Below, piece by piece: positions 42,132 to 62,921 of a stretch of 64,000 nt of DNA. The notes below the pieces were generated by a model, which saw only the letters and a list, made by a program, of their open reading frames with translations, was not told the origin of the DNA and ran no database searches. Positions within the stretch are counted from its first letter, which is position 1. The number at the start of each line of letters is the position of its first letter. The translations under genes and the position numbers were made by a program. The DNA is from Eledone cirrhosa (lineage: Eukaryota), in the NCBI GenBank assembly GCA_964016885.1, contig CAXHJY010000447.1:24379-88378 (forward strand), read 5' to 3'.

Positions 42132-45100
42132 AAAATAGAGAGAGATAAATATATAGAGAGAGAAAAATAGGTAGTTGGGCACCAGTTGAATGACGTATCA
42201 ATGATATATTTATTTATTTATTTATTTATTTAGTTACAGTATTACGGTAGAGAGAGATATATGTGGTTATGAGAGAAAACAGCCGTTACATAGAGAGAAA
42301 AGAAAAATATTCAGAGATAAACGAGGCAGATTTACAACACTATGTTTCATCAATCTAAAATATCAATTCGTATGAATTAGGTATTATAATGTAAATATCA
42401 GTATTCATGAATGAGACACGTATCAATAATGTGTGAAAAATAATGATCATATGTCTAGTTTAAAATTCCTAGGTCTATAATCAGAACTGAGATAAAACTT
42501 CCAAAAAATTGAAATACATAAGTATATATGCACTTTCATGAAAAAATAAAATAAAATAAAAGAAAATAGAAGGTTATCCCAGATTCGACACTATAGACAT
42601 CCATGTGAATTTACGTGATCAACTCTGCAAATTCTTATTTCACATGAAAACATTCTCATTGTGCTATAAAAATTCTAGTATACATATATGTGTACATAGA
42701 CACAAATATATATAGAATCTACATTAATTTTAAGAATAATATTCTTGCCTTTACTCTACATGATTATCGTTCAAGCATAGAATAGACAACAGATATCAAT
42801 ATATCAATAAAAATATTAAAAATATTAAAAATATTAAAAAATATTAAAAATATTAAAAAATATAAAAAAATATAATTAAAACGCCAAGAAAATTCCCAGA
42901 GTATCTCGGGCCGTAATAAACACAGAAATCTACCCTTCAAATTTATTTGACAATATATTGCCAAGTTCATTATAAGCATCAGAATCAAAAGCAAACAAAA
43001 CCAAAATTATTCACCAAATCCTGTCTAGCAGAAATCATTCCAAAAGTTTATGATACCCATTTGATCTACAGATGGTCTTATATTTATTATAGAAGTTTAT
43101 CTAGTGTAGAATTTATTCGATATATTTGGAGCATCATCTTTTAGGGTAGTTTAATTATTCATGAAGAATGTTTAAAAAAAAAAAAGAAATCGAAAGATTT
43201 ATCGGCGAGTTTCATAAATAATTACAAATCTTAAGTAAATATACAACAATTTTAATTACGGCAACAACTTTAACAACTATAATAGAAATCATTACAATAA
43301 TTCCAAAAGCCAAAAAAGAAATAGAACTAGAAACATAATATGGTTCCCCCCCCCCCCCTTTCTCACTAAACATTAAAACCCACATCGCTAAACTATTTTT
43401 TAATGCTCTTGATAATCGCTTCCCTAGAACACATAAGTATCACTCAATTTTCAATAGACATACTATAAAATTAACATACTCATCCACCAAAAATTTAGCA
43501 CAAAATATTAATAGAATAAATAATAGGAATTTAAAACCTAGCCAAAATACCGATAATAGCCTAAATAATATCCAAGTAAACAAATGTAACTGTAGAGATA
43601 GATCTATATGTCCGTTAAATAACAATTGCTTAGTTAAAAATATAATATACAACTGTAATGTTAAAACGGACTTAAATTCTTTTAACTATGTTGGCTCCAC
43701 CTCGACAGAATTTAAACTTCGCTATAATAACCACAAGAATTCTTTCACAGATCCAAGCAAAAAATCTTCAACATCACTATCAGGCTTACTCTGGCAACTT
43801 AAGCATGACAACGTTGGATATTCGACGGCTTGGAATATAGTCTCAAGAGGGATTCCTTTTAATTCATCTTCTGAGACATGTGACCTCTGCGCGGAGGAGA
43901 TATTCTTTATACTAAAATCTAAAAATTCCCTTAATTTACGGACAAACTTATTCAGTTGCTGCAGACATAGATTGAACTCAACTTTTAAATATAAATATAA
44001 ATTTAAAATGTAGTATATTTACTTAAGATTTGTAATTATTTATGAAACTCGCCGATAAATCTTTCGATTTCTTTTTTTTTTTTAAACATTCTTCATGAAT
44101 AATTAAACTACCCTAAAAGATGATGCTCCAAATATATCGAATAAATTTTACACTAGATACACTTCTATAATAAATATAAGACCATCTGTAGATCAAATGG
44201 GTATCCTAAACTTTTGGAATGATTTCTGCTAGACAGGATTTGGTGAATAATTTTGGTTTTGTTTGCTTTTGATTCTGATGCTTATAATGAACTTGGCAAT
44301 ATATTGTCAAATAAATTTGAAGGGTAGATTTCTGTGTTTATTACGGCCCGAGATACTCTGGGAATTTTCTTGGCGTTTTAATTATATTTTTTTATATTTT
44401 TTAATATTTTTAATATTTTTAATATTTTTATTGATATATTGATATCTGTTGTCTATTCTATGCTTGAACGATAATCATGTAGAGTAAAGGCAAGAATATT
44501 ATTCTTAAAATTAATGTAGATTCTATATATATTTGTGTCTATGTACACATATATGTATACTAGAATTTTTATAGCACAATGAGAATGTTTTCATGTGAAA
44601 TAAGAATTTGCAGAGTTGATCACGTAAATTCACATGGATGTCTATAGTGTCGAATCTGGGATAACCTTCTATTTTCTTTTATTTTATTTTATTTTTTCAT
44701 GAAAGTGCATATATACTTATGTATTTCAATTTTTTGGAAGTTTTATCTCAGTTCTGATTATAGACCTAGGAATTTTAAACTAGACATATGATCATTATTT
44801 TTCACACATTATTGATACGTGTCTCATTCATGAATACTGATATTTACATTATAATACCTAATTCATACGAATTGATATTTTAGATTGATGAAACATAGTG
44901 TTGTAAATCTGCCTCGTTTATCTCTGGATATTTTTCTTTTCTCTCTATGTAACGGCTGTTTTCTCTCATAACCACATATATCTCTCTCTACCATAATACT
45001 ATAACTAAATAAATAAATAAATAAATAAATATATCATTGATACGTCATTCAACTGGTGCCCAACTACCTATTTTTCTCTCTATATATATTTCTCTCTCTC

Positions 45101-45599
45101 TATTTTTCTCTCTCTCTCTCTCTTTTCTCTCTCTCTCTCTCTATCTATATCCCTCTGTTTTTTCTCTCTCTATCTATATCTCTCTCTGCTTTTTCTTTAC
45201 ATGAATTTCTTCTCTCTATCTATCTCTCTATATCTATCTCTCTCGGTTTTTGTTACATGCATTTCTTCTTTTTCTTCGTTTTCTTTCTTTCTTTTCTTTT
45301 TTCTCTATAACTGTCCCTAACATTTTTCACTACCAAATCAACTTTTTAAATGGAAGTCGAAGTGTAAGGTATGTCAAATCTATCTATTTATAAGACTGTT
45401 TATATTGTATTTTGTCTGATGAAGGCATACCATATTCTTAATATGATATCCCTGAAATATATAAAATGAAATAAATATGGTTTTATAAATATAGTTTCCA
45501 TTTATTTAATATCGTAAATATACTCCAAATACTTGTTCAGTGCTTTTATATCAGTTATAAATATTTACTCATTGTAACCCAACAAATTAAATAAAACTT

Positions 45600-45603
<4 letters not shown>
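41721..45603 (+). mobile_element. 5'-truncated PLE (family H): inverted 3' UTR copy (41721-43244), GIY-YIG coding fragment (43245-44013), 3' UTR (44014-45603)
   Basis: Manual translation RNIIWF..P/FSLNIKT...CNC..CPL...CLVKNIIYNC...YVGSTSTEFKLRYNNHKNSF...CDLCAEE...CCRH. The ~1.5 kb arms are inverted. HHRs at 41763-41828(-) and 45408-45473(+; cleavage triplet mutated). Confidence 0.92.
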
Positions 45604-45682
<79 letters not shown>

Positions 45683-45689
45683 TTATAGT

Positions 45690-45800
45690 TGTAATAAAAT
45701 GAAAACGAGATTTCATTTCTCACTCTTTGTACGGCACTTACTTAAATGTAAGTATGTATGTATACGTACATACATATATGTATACAGACGTACAGTAGCA

Positions 45801-45856
<56 letters not shown>

Positions 45857-46213
45857 TACATACAGGTACACATACATATATGTACGTATCAGTTTAGCGG
45901 ACGCTTATTATAGCGCCCGCTTTGTTCGTTTGTAAACAAACTGAACAGCCTGAATTTATGCCGTACGGTGTTAAGGCAACCACGTCACCTTTTTGTTCAA
46001 CACTGACACAGGAACGATGTACTAGTTTCAAGCTTGTTAGCTATCATCAGCACCGTATACCCTTCTGCCAGATGGTTGAACGTTCGAAAGTATATACTTT
46101 CCTTATGAAAATTAACGGCTGAGCAGCCTAATTTGTATATCGATACGTACATATATGTATGCTACTGTACGTCTGTATACATATATGTATGTACGTATAC
46201 ATACATACTTACA
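45690..46213 (-). mobile_element. Family B element with HHR at 46014-46056(-) and a short inverted end
   Basis: Homologous to 30667-31405. Minus strand ACGGTG-CTGATGA-tAGCTAACAAGCTt-GAAAC-TA-GTA|CATCGT. Confidence 0.85.
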
Positions 46214-46221
46214 TATCTATT

Positions 46222-46340
<119 letters not shown>

Positions 46341-46372
46341 ATTTATATATATATATATATATATTTATATAC

Positions 46373-46560
<188 letters not shown>

Positions 46561-46561
46561 T

Positions 46562-46596
<35 letters not shown>

Positions 46597-46599
46597 ATT

Positions 46600-46675
<76 letters not shown>

Positions 46676-46719
46676 TACATATATATATTTATATATATAT
46701 AGTTATATATATATATATT

Positions 46720-46850
<131 letters not shown>

Positions 46851-46914
46851 ATGTGTGTGTGTATGTATGTGTATATATATGTAGGTATATATATGTATAT
46901 ATAAATATATGTAT

Positions 46915-47895
46915 ATCATTTTTATATTTTTTTAATCTCCCCTCATCCTTAACAGCACTTTTCAACTGCTTCTAACTCTTATTTATTACATCTATATGTA
47001 TTAGTATAATTTTATCAATATATATATATATATATATATACCCATCAATTAAATTAATTTTATATCCTTTTCATAGATGTATTTTTTCACTAACATCCTT
47101 ATCTTAAAACTCTGGTCACCCTAGATATTTGTCTTGGCATCACTATTTCATAACAGCAACTGCTTGTATACCTTCTACTGACCACCTGACCTAATTACAC
47201 CCCTAAAATAAGTTTCAATTACTACCATTTTACCATTTGGCCAAATGTTAACTTTCTATTGGTTAATTCTAAACCTCTTACCAAACAGACAGAATATATT
47301 TGATCTTTGTTGGTTTTATTCAATGAACAAATAAAATTATTTCTGAGGTCAGCATATGACCTACTTCTTCCCTAAAGTAATCCTTCATTCATAATACCCT
47401 TTTCCATCCAAAACTGAAATCTACTTCCCCTACCCATAATTTAAGGTTCTCCTAATGCTATATCACTATCTTGACCCTCACTATCTCCTGATTGGTCAAT
47501 TCAAAACCTGTTCCCAAACAGACCTATTGTATTGAATCTTTGTTCTTATCAATAAACAAGTATCATTATTTCTGAAGACAGCATATATATGTGAAGGTAT
47601 GTATATTCCCTCTGATAGTTTGTATAAATATTGTACATAGATCTATAGAATATGCATACCAATTCTAACACATATATATCCTAGAAACGATCGTAAAATA
47701 ATGAATTTTTTTTGTTTAATATAAGGAACTGTTTCTTTGTTTATTCATTATTTTTTTAATAATTTATCTTGACTCTGTTTTCCGTTTATTTTTCACCGAA
47801 AGTAGTTTTTGAATGCATCTTCTCTTTTCATGATATCCGGATTACATTGAGTTCTTCATACGGATTGGACACTACCGTAAACTTTTGGTAGATTT
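46915..47895 (+). mobile_element. Non-coding PLE-like 3' segment between TA tracts (family I) carrying an HHR
   Basis: TA-bounded; internal diverged duplication (~47255-47360 vs ~47490-47590); HHR at 47563-47704. Confidence 0.6.
47563..47704 (+). ncRNA. Type I hammerhead ribozyme with ~105 nt stem II (family I)
   Basis: TCATTATTT-CTGAAGA-cAG.ATATATATGTG...CACATATATAT.CTa-GAAAC-GATC-GTA|AAATAATGA (9 bp stem I). Confidence 0.85.
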
Positions 47896-48006
47896 ATCTA
47901 CATATATATTTATATATATATATATATTTATACATATATATTTATATATATATATATTTATATATATATATATATATATATTTATACATATATATTTATG
48001 TACATA

Positions 48007-48917
<911 letters not shown>

Positions 48918-48930
48918 ATATATATATATT

Positions 48931-48963
<33 letters not shown>

Positions 48964-49052
48964 ATTAATATATATATATATTTATATATATATATTAATA
49001 TATATATATATTTATATATATATATTAATATATATATATATATTTATATATA

Positions 49053-49994
49053 TGTAAGTCTTATATTTTTATATGAGCTGATAGATGACGGTTTAAGGAT
49101 TTACAGAAACCCAAGAAGCTAGATATTCCATCTCTCTAGTGGGTCCGGGTATGCATTTTACATTCATTTCATTTATTGATTTATTGATATTTATCTGAGT
49201 GTCCCGAATCTTCCATATCGAACTTATCGGTTATTTGGTTGATTGTAGACATATTCTACGTGTGACGGTATTTAACGATAGTTATAGCTCTAATTTATTT
49301 GAATTATAGAGCCCTCTGCCGCTCATCTCGAATTTTGTTTATCGTGAACTCGTGCGCCGATTTTTCGATACTCGATTATTCTACTATATTTAGCTCTAGA
49401 CTTAGCTATTGACCAGTTAATTTTATTGTTCATTTTTTGTCGATTCTATTAAATGATGAATAGCCCCTGTTTATTTTAACATGTCTATTGAGCACTCTTA
49501 TTCGATATGTGTTTTTGCCACACTTTTCCGAATATTTTTGCGGATATAAAGGTTATCTCCCTTGCTGAAATCCATGTGCGTATTTTTAGCCTGGGTCTTG
49601 TCTTTCCATCCATTCGGACGAAGCTCGTTGATGAAGTAACTCCAGTCCCCCGCTGTCTGTAAGTCTTATATTTTTATATGAGCTGATAGATGACGGTTTA
49701 AGGATTTACAGAAACCCAAGAAGCTAGATATTCCATCTCTCTAGTGGGTCCGGGTATGCATTTTACATTCATTTCATTTATTGATTTATTGATATTTATC
49801 TGAGTGTCCCGAATCTTCCATATCGAACTTATCGGTTATTTGGTTGATTGTAGACATATTCTACGTGTGACGGTATTTAACGATAGTTATAGCTCTAATT
49901 TATTTGAATTATAGAGCCCTCTGCCGCTCATCTCGAATTTTGTTTATCGTGAACTCGTGCGCCGATTTTTCGATACTCGATTATTCTACTATAT
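49053..49994 (-). mobile_element. Family K non-coding 605 bp unit with ~337 bp terminal direct repeats
   Basis: 49053-49389 is repeated at 49658-49994; TA-flanked; diverged homologue of 29249-30155. Confidence 0.78.
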
Positions 49995-50018
49995 GATATA
50001 TATATATATTTATATATA

Positions 50019-50080
<62 letters not shown>

Positions 50081-50099
50081 ATTTATATATATATATATA

Positions 50100-50141
<42 letters not shown>

Positions 50142-50243
50142 TATATATATATATTTGTATATATATATTTATATATATATTTATATATATATATACATAT
50201 TTATATATATATTTATATATATATATACATATTTATATATGTT

Positions 50244-50275
<32 letters not shown>

Positions 50276-50344
50276 CATATATATACATATATTTATATAT
50301 ATATATATATTTATATATATATTTATATATATATTTATATATAT

Positions 50345-51416
50345 AATATTTAATACAATAACAGAGATAGTTTAAAACTAAACTCTGACTGGTAACCATC
50401 TCATTCAACAAACATTAGGTTATATTTAAATATAAACCCAATTTTAGTGTTTGGAGTGCTAACAATATGTATAATGTGGAAAAACCAGTTGTATTATTTT
50501 ATGAGATATAATTAAAGTTAAAGTATATCTCTTTCCAAATAATTGTTTCATTATAAGTTTTCTACAAGTTGGGAGAATGTTTCCAGTTCATGTAGAAGCC
50601 TAATATATATTCATGTAAGAATATATTTAGGTGGGTACTTATAAATCATCAGTGGAAGCCCGTTAAACTTTGATATAAGAACATTATTTCTTACCGCTCT
50701 CAAAAATCGTGTCCGTAAAGTTACTCTCTCTCGCCTCGAATGACCGCCAAATTTGAAATTCTAGCAGTTTTTGGCTGAGGAAGTATCATAGCGACACGAA
50801 GCGGGAAGGGGAGTCAACTCACGATCCACGAAATGAGGAAAAAAAATAATATACACGCGGGTTAATTAGTTTTTTTGAAAACATTATCAATCCAACGTGT
50901 TTAAGAACTCAATTGAAAATAAAAAAATAAATATATGCTTGTATAAATTACACACGCATATAGATATTTTCTTAGGCTAAATCAGAGTTGTACCCGAATA
51001 AGAACCGCTTCTCATAACCGCAGTAAATGCAGAAAGTTATGCTATAAAAGGCAAATGGGAATATAATTCTCCGGCCGAATTAAGAGTAAAATATGAAACA
51101 CACGCGGGTTAATTAGTTATTTCAAAACCAATATTAATTTCTCGTGTAAAGAACTCAATTAATAAAAGAAAATAAATAAGTATATGCATGTAATTATATA
51201 CGTAGGCATATATATTTTTTTTCTTAGGCTAAAAAACAGAGAAGTTACAACCAAAAAAAGCCACAATATTTCACAACAGTAATAAATACGGAAAGTCATA
51301 TTCATAAGGTACCTGGAAATAAACACCTCTGGCCAATCAAGAGTAAATATTTAATACAATAACAGAGATAGTTTAAAACTAAACTCTGACTGGTAACCAT
51401 CTCACTCAACAAACAT
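50345..51416 (-). mobile_element. Family J element: ~1001 bp monomer plus ~71 bp terminal redundancy; HHR at 50533-50657(-); internal ~250 bp subrepeats
   Basis: 50345-50415 is repeated at 51346-51416; ACACGCGGGTTAATTAGTT recurs at ~50853 and ~51101; HHR stem III has a G-to-A change. Confidence 0.8.
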
Positions 51417-51464
51417 ATATATATTTATATATATATATTTATACATATATTTATATATATATAT

Positions 51465-51935
51465 TTCGTTTCTGAATTTGTTTAGCAAGATTCTTTATCT
51501 GAAATCGTGTGTTGAAACCGATATTGTTATACTTTGGGAGGGTCATGTTGCCAATAAGAAACACACGCACCAGTTGCTTTCACTTCAATTTATTATAATA
51601 AATTTATAATAAATTTATAATAAATTTATAATAAATTCATAAATTTATAAATTTCTGGTTGGTTGGTTCCACACAGAAACAAAATGGCGTAGGACAGAAC
51701 AAAGGAGAGGCACAGAAACAAAGAAAGGAATCCCCAGTCACTGAAGAGGTCACAGAGTGTGTGACGAAAGAACTATGACAATATATAAACAACTATCTGG
51801 TTGTAGAACCAACCAACCAACCAGAAATTTATAAATTTATAAATTTATTATAAATTTATTATAATAAATTGAAGTGAAAGCAACTGGTGCGTGTGTTTCT
51901 TATTGGCAACATGACCCTCCCAAAGTATAACAATA
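51465..51935. mobile_element. Fold-back 3' end of the family F PLE with HHR at 51737-51779(+)
   Basis: 51465-51672 matches 36410-36590 and 51673-51935 is the inverse of the 36.46-36.72 kb UTR. GTCA-CTGAAGA-GGTCACA..TGTGAC-GAAAG-AA-CTA|TGAC. Confidence 0.85.
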
Positions 51936-52043
51936 TATATATATATTTATATATTTATATATATATATATTTATATATATATATTTATATATATATTTAT
52001 ATATATCTATATGTATATATATATTTATATATATATATTTATA

Positions 52044-52096
<53 letters not shown>

Positions 52097-52149
52097 ATTT
52101 ATATATATATATTTATATATATATATATATATATTTGTATATATATATT

Positions 52150-52181
<32 letters not shown>

Positions 52182-52237
52182 TATATATATATATATTTGT
52201 ATATATATATTTATATATATATATATATATATATATT

Positions 52238-52302
<65 letters not shown>

Positions 52303-52497
52303 ATATTTGTATATATATATTTATTTATATATATATATATTTATATATATAATTATATATTTGTATATATATATTTATATATATATATATATATTTGTAT
52401 ATATATATTTATATATTTGTATATATATATTTATATATATATATATATATTTGTATATATATATTTATGTATATATTTATATATATATATATATACA

Positions 52498-58638
<6,141 letters not shown>

Positions 58639-58661
58639 ATGTATATATATATATATATTTA

Positions 58662-58692
<31 letters not shown>

Positions 58693-58827
58693 ATATAGAT
58701 ATTTATATATGTATATATTTATATATGTATATATTTATATATATATATATATTTGTATATATATATTTATATATTTGTATATATATATTTATATATATAT
58801 ATAATTGTATATATATATTTATGTATA

Positions 58828-58867
<40 letters not shown>

Positions 58868-59109
58868 CATATGTATATATATATATATATTTATATATAT
58901 AGATATTTATATATGTATATATTTATATATGTATATATTTATATATATATTTATATATATAGATATTTATATATGTATATATTTATATATATAGATATTT
59001 ATATATATAGATATTTATATATGTATATATTTATATATATAGATATTTATATATATAGATATTTATATATGTATATATTTATATATATATTTATATATAT
59101 ATATATATA

Positions 59110-62100
59110 ACGCCACCATACTTAATACGTGGACCAATCATAAGCCAGAGCCCCCCCCCCCCGCATCACCACCATTATTATAAGCCAGAGCCACCCACCC
59201 CCACCCCCACGCATCACCATTATTATTATTACGCGGACCAAATCATAAGCCAGAGGCCTATACTATCGCTTGCCCGGTTGCCTTCGATATACGATGGATG
59301 GATGGATGGATGGATGGATGGACGGACGGACTGCGGAATCCTTGGAGAGTGGAAGGGAGAGAAAAATCTGGACGCCCAGAGCGAAAATGCCAAAGTTAAA
59401 GTCAAATTCACCTCGTGGACGAGAATGCGAGCACTCCTCTTTGTTTCGTCCGCGGATGGCTAACATAACCCTATCTCCTCCCGCCCCCCACCACCCCCAC
59501 CCTCCAAACGCAACCCAAAACTTCAGAGTTGGTACCATAAATGTAGGCACCCTAAAGGGTCGCGCTAACGAGGTTGTAGAAATGCTTGAACGTAAGGAGG
59601 TCGATGTTTGTTGTATTCAAGAGACCAGGTGGAGGGGTGGGTCTGCTAGATTCATTGAGGGTAAAAAACGATGTTATAAGCTTTTCTGGGTGGGAAACGA
59701 CGATGGGCTGGGTGGAGTAGGAATCATGGTAGCAGAAAAGTGGGCAGATAAGATAATAGACGTAAATAGAGTGAACGACAGAATAATTAAAATAAGACTT
59801 GTCCTCAATAGAACTACGGTGACAGTAATATCTGCGTACGCACCCCAATCCGGACTGCCCGGCACTATAAAAGACAGATTCTATGAGACACTGTTGCTAA
59901 CTACCTCCCAAATATCTGACAGTGACTATATAATTATTGCAGGCGACCTAAATGGTCACGTTGGACAACATTGTGACGGCTATGACGAAATCCATGGAGG
60001 CTATGGGTTTGGTACTAGAAATGAGGAAGGCTCCAGAATTCTGGAATACTGTGATGCAAATAACCTAACTATCTGTAACACTAACTTCAAAAAACGTGAC
60101 AATCACCTGATTACCTATAGATCCGGGGAACACACAAGCCAGGTAGATTATATCCTTACCAGAAGACGTGACAGAGTGTCTGTTGTAAACACTAAATCCC
60201 TCCCCCATGAAGAATGCACCTCCCAACATAGACTGATAATTAGCGACCTCATAGTCAGGACGAGACGCACCCGACAGCAGAAGAGGACTATCCTCAGGAG
60301 GAAAATATGGAAACTAAAAGACCCCACAGCCAGAAATAAATTTCAAAGCATATTACTTGATGCTTTCGACAGTAAGGAAGAGCATCTAGAATCGGACAAT
60401 ATAGAGGGACAGTGGAAATTTCTGAAAGCTAACCTGCTGTTGGCGACAGACGAAGTCTGTGGCTGGAGCAGGCCTGTAGGCAGGAGGAGAGTAACATGGT
60501 GGTGGAACAGTAAGGTGGAGGGGTCAATTAAGGCCAAAAAGCAGGCTTGGAAAGTATGGCGGGATGGGGGAAGTAGAGTAGACTATCAAGTGGCCAGGAG
60601 GGAAGCTAGGAGAGAAGTGTACTTAGCAAGAAGGGAAGCTGAGGAAAGAAAGTTCAAGCATGTTCTACAACGCGATGACCAAAAACGTGAGGTGTTCAGG
60701 ATTGCCAGGCAATGCGTCAAGGAAAACCGTGATATTGTCGGGGAGAAGTGTGTACTTAACGATGATGGCATACTTGCCATCACCGACACTGATAAGAAGG
60801 TAGCTTGGAAGTGTCACTATGAAAGGCTACTAAATGAGGAGAATAAATGGGAGAAAGACAGTCTCCCCCATATCGACCCGATAGAGGGACCAGCAGTGTT
60901 AGTCGAGGGGAGTATAATAAGTAAGGCAATCAAGGATATGAAGACTGGTAAGGCGGCTGGGCCTTCGGAAATAGTTGCTGAGATGCTGAAGGCATCTGGC
61001 ACGGTGGGACACACCATGGTCACCCGCATAGTTAACCAAGTCGTACAGAATGGGGTTGTTCCGAAGGACTGGCATAGCAGCATCATCGTTAACTGTTATA
61101 AGGGTAAAGGAGACGCCCTAGATAGGAGTAACTATAGAGGCATTAAATTAATCGACCAGGTCATGAAGGTCACGGAAAAAGTAATAGCGCAACTAATCAG
61201 AGAGAGAATTGATCTAGATGAAATGCAGTTCGGGTTTGTATCAGGCAAAAGCACCACAGACGCTCTTTTCATAGTACGACAACTACAGGAGAAGTACCTA
61301 GCTAAAGGTAAACCCCTCTACTTAGCTTTTGTCGACCTGGAGAAAGCCTTCGACAGAGTCCCCCGCTCCATTATCTGGTGGGCTCTTAGAAAACTAGGCG
61401 TTGACGAATGGCTTGTGAGGGCTATACAAGCCATGTATAAAGAAACAGTCAGCAAGGTTAGAATTAACAACGAATATAGTGAAGAGTTTAGCGTAAAAGT
61501 TGGCGTCCATCAGGGCTCTGTTCTCAGCCCCCTACTATTTATTATTGCCCTTCAGGCTATAACAGAGGAGTTCAAGACAGGCTGCCCATGGGAACTCCTA
61601 TACGCAGACGACCTGACACTCATAGCGGAATCAATGGCCGAGCTAGAGAAGAAATTCCAAACATGGAAGCACGGCCTAGAGTCAAAAGGACTTAAAATTA
61701 ACCTGGCTAAGACCAAAGTTCTAGTTTGTAGGAAAGAAAACAAGGCGGCGGTCCCTTCTGGGAAATGGTCGTGCTCGGTATGTAGGAAAGGCGTAGGTAG
61801 AAACTCCATCTTATGTCCTAAATGCAAAGTATGGGTGCATAAAAGATGTAGTGGGATCACAGGTAAGCTAACTAAGAACATAGACTTTACATGTGGCCGG
61901 TGTTCTGGTGCAATAAGTAGCAGCAAGTGCCCACAAAATACTAGCTCTTTCAATTGCGCAGAGGGTTTTATAGAAATAGTGGACAGCTTCCGTTACCTGG
62001 GCGATAAAATCAGCAGTGGGGGAGGGTGCTCTGAAAGTACTGTAGCTAGAGTCAGAACTGGTTGGAAAAAGTTCAGAGAGCTTATACCACTATTAGCTGC

Positions 62101-62921
62101 TAAAGGGTTCTCCCTAAAAATGAAAGGCAGGTTGTACGATGCCTGCATACGAACAGCAATGTTGCATGGTAGTGAGACCTGGGCATTGTGTGCAGAGGAT
62201 ATACGCAGACTAGAGAGGAACGAAGCTTGCATGCTCCGCTGGATGTGTAACAGTAATATACGTGAACGGCAAAGCATAAACGAACTAAGGAAAAAATTAG
62301 AGATAAGAGGGATCAGATGTTGTTTACTCGAGAGAAGGCTGCGTTGGTATGGACACGTGATGCGCATGAAAGTCGATAGCTGTATTACAAAGTGCAGGGC
62401 AATAAAGATAGACGGTAGCCACGGAATAGGCAGACCTAGAAAAACATGGGATGAGCTGATAAACTCCGACCTCACACACTTACACCTCTCCAAGACAATG
62501 TCACTGGACCGTGACCTTTGGCGGTACTCAGTAACAGAGAAGACCCGCCTTGCCAGTAGGCATCTCTAACAAAATACACCCCTCCCGCCGCCACCCCCAC
62601 CCCATCCACACCACCCCGTTCTATGTAAAGTTATGTTGGTGCCGCGCCATCCAGGCCGAAACAAATGAGATCGTGTAGGTGTCACGACAAAAAAACACAC
62701 AGTCCACGCTGTAATGTGGCCGTGTAGGCAACACGGTAAAAACCTCCCAGACCCACACTGTAAATGTGGGTTGGTGTTAGGAAGGGCATCCAACTGTAGA
62801 AAACCTGCCAGACAGTCCTATGCGAGCAAGACAATCACTCTTGCCTCAAGTGGGACTACCCCCGTCCAAACCCATGCAAGCGTGGAACACGGACGTTAAA
62901 CGTTGATGATGATGATGATGA

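Noticed and set aside
49075-49155. Canonical hammerhead in family K (GAAACCC...GGGTC)
   Set aside because: No conserved CUGANGA in either subfamily; reported only as a structured RNA.
59400-59475. HDV-like ribozyme candidate in the RTE 5' region (ACCTCGT...GCTAA)
   Set aside because: P1, P1.1 and P2 pairings could not be built by hand.
59552-62493. Antisense ORFs within the RTE element
   Set aside because: Shadow frames of the real plus-strand ORF.
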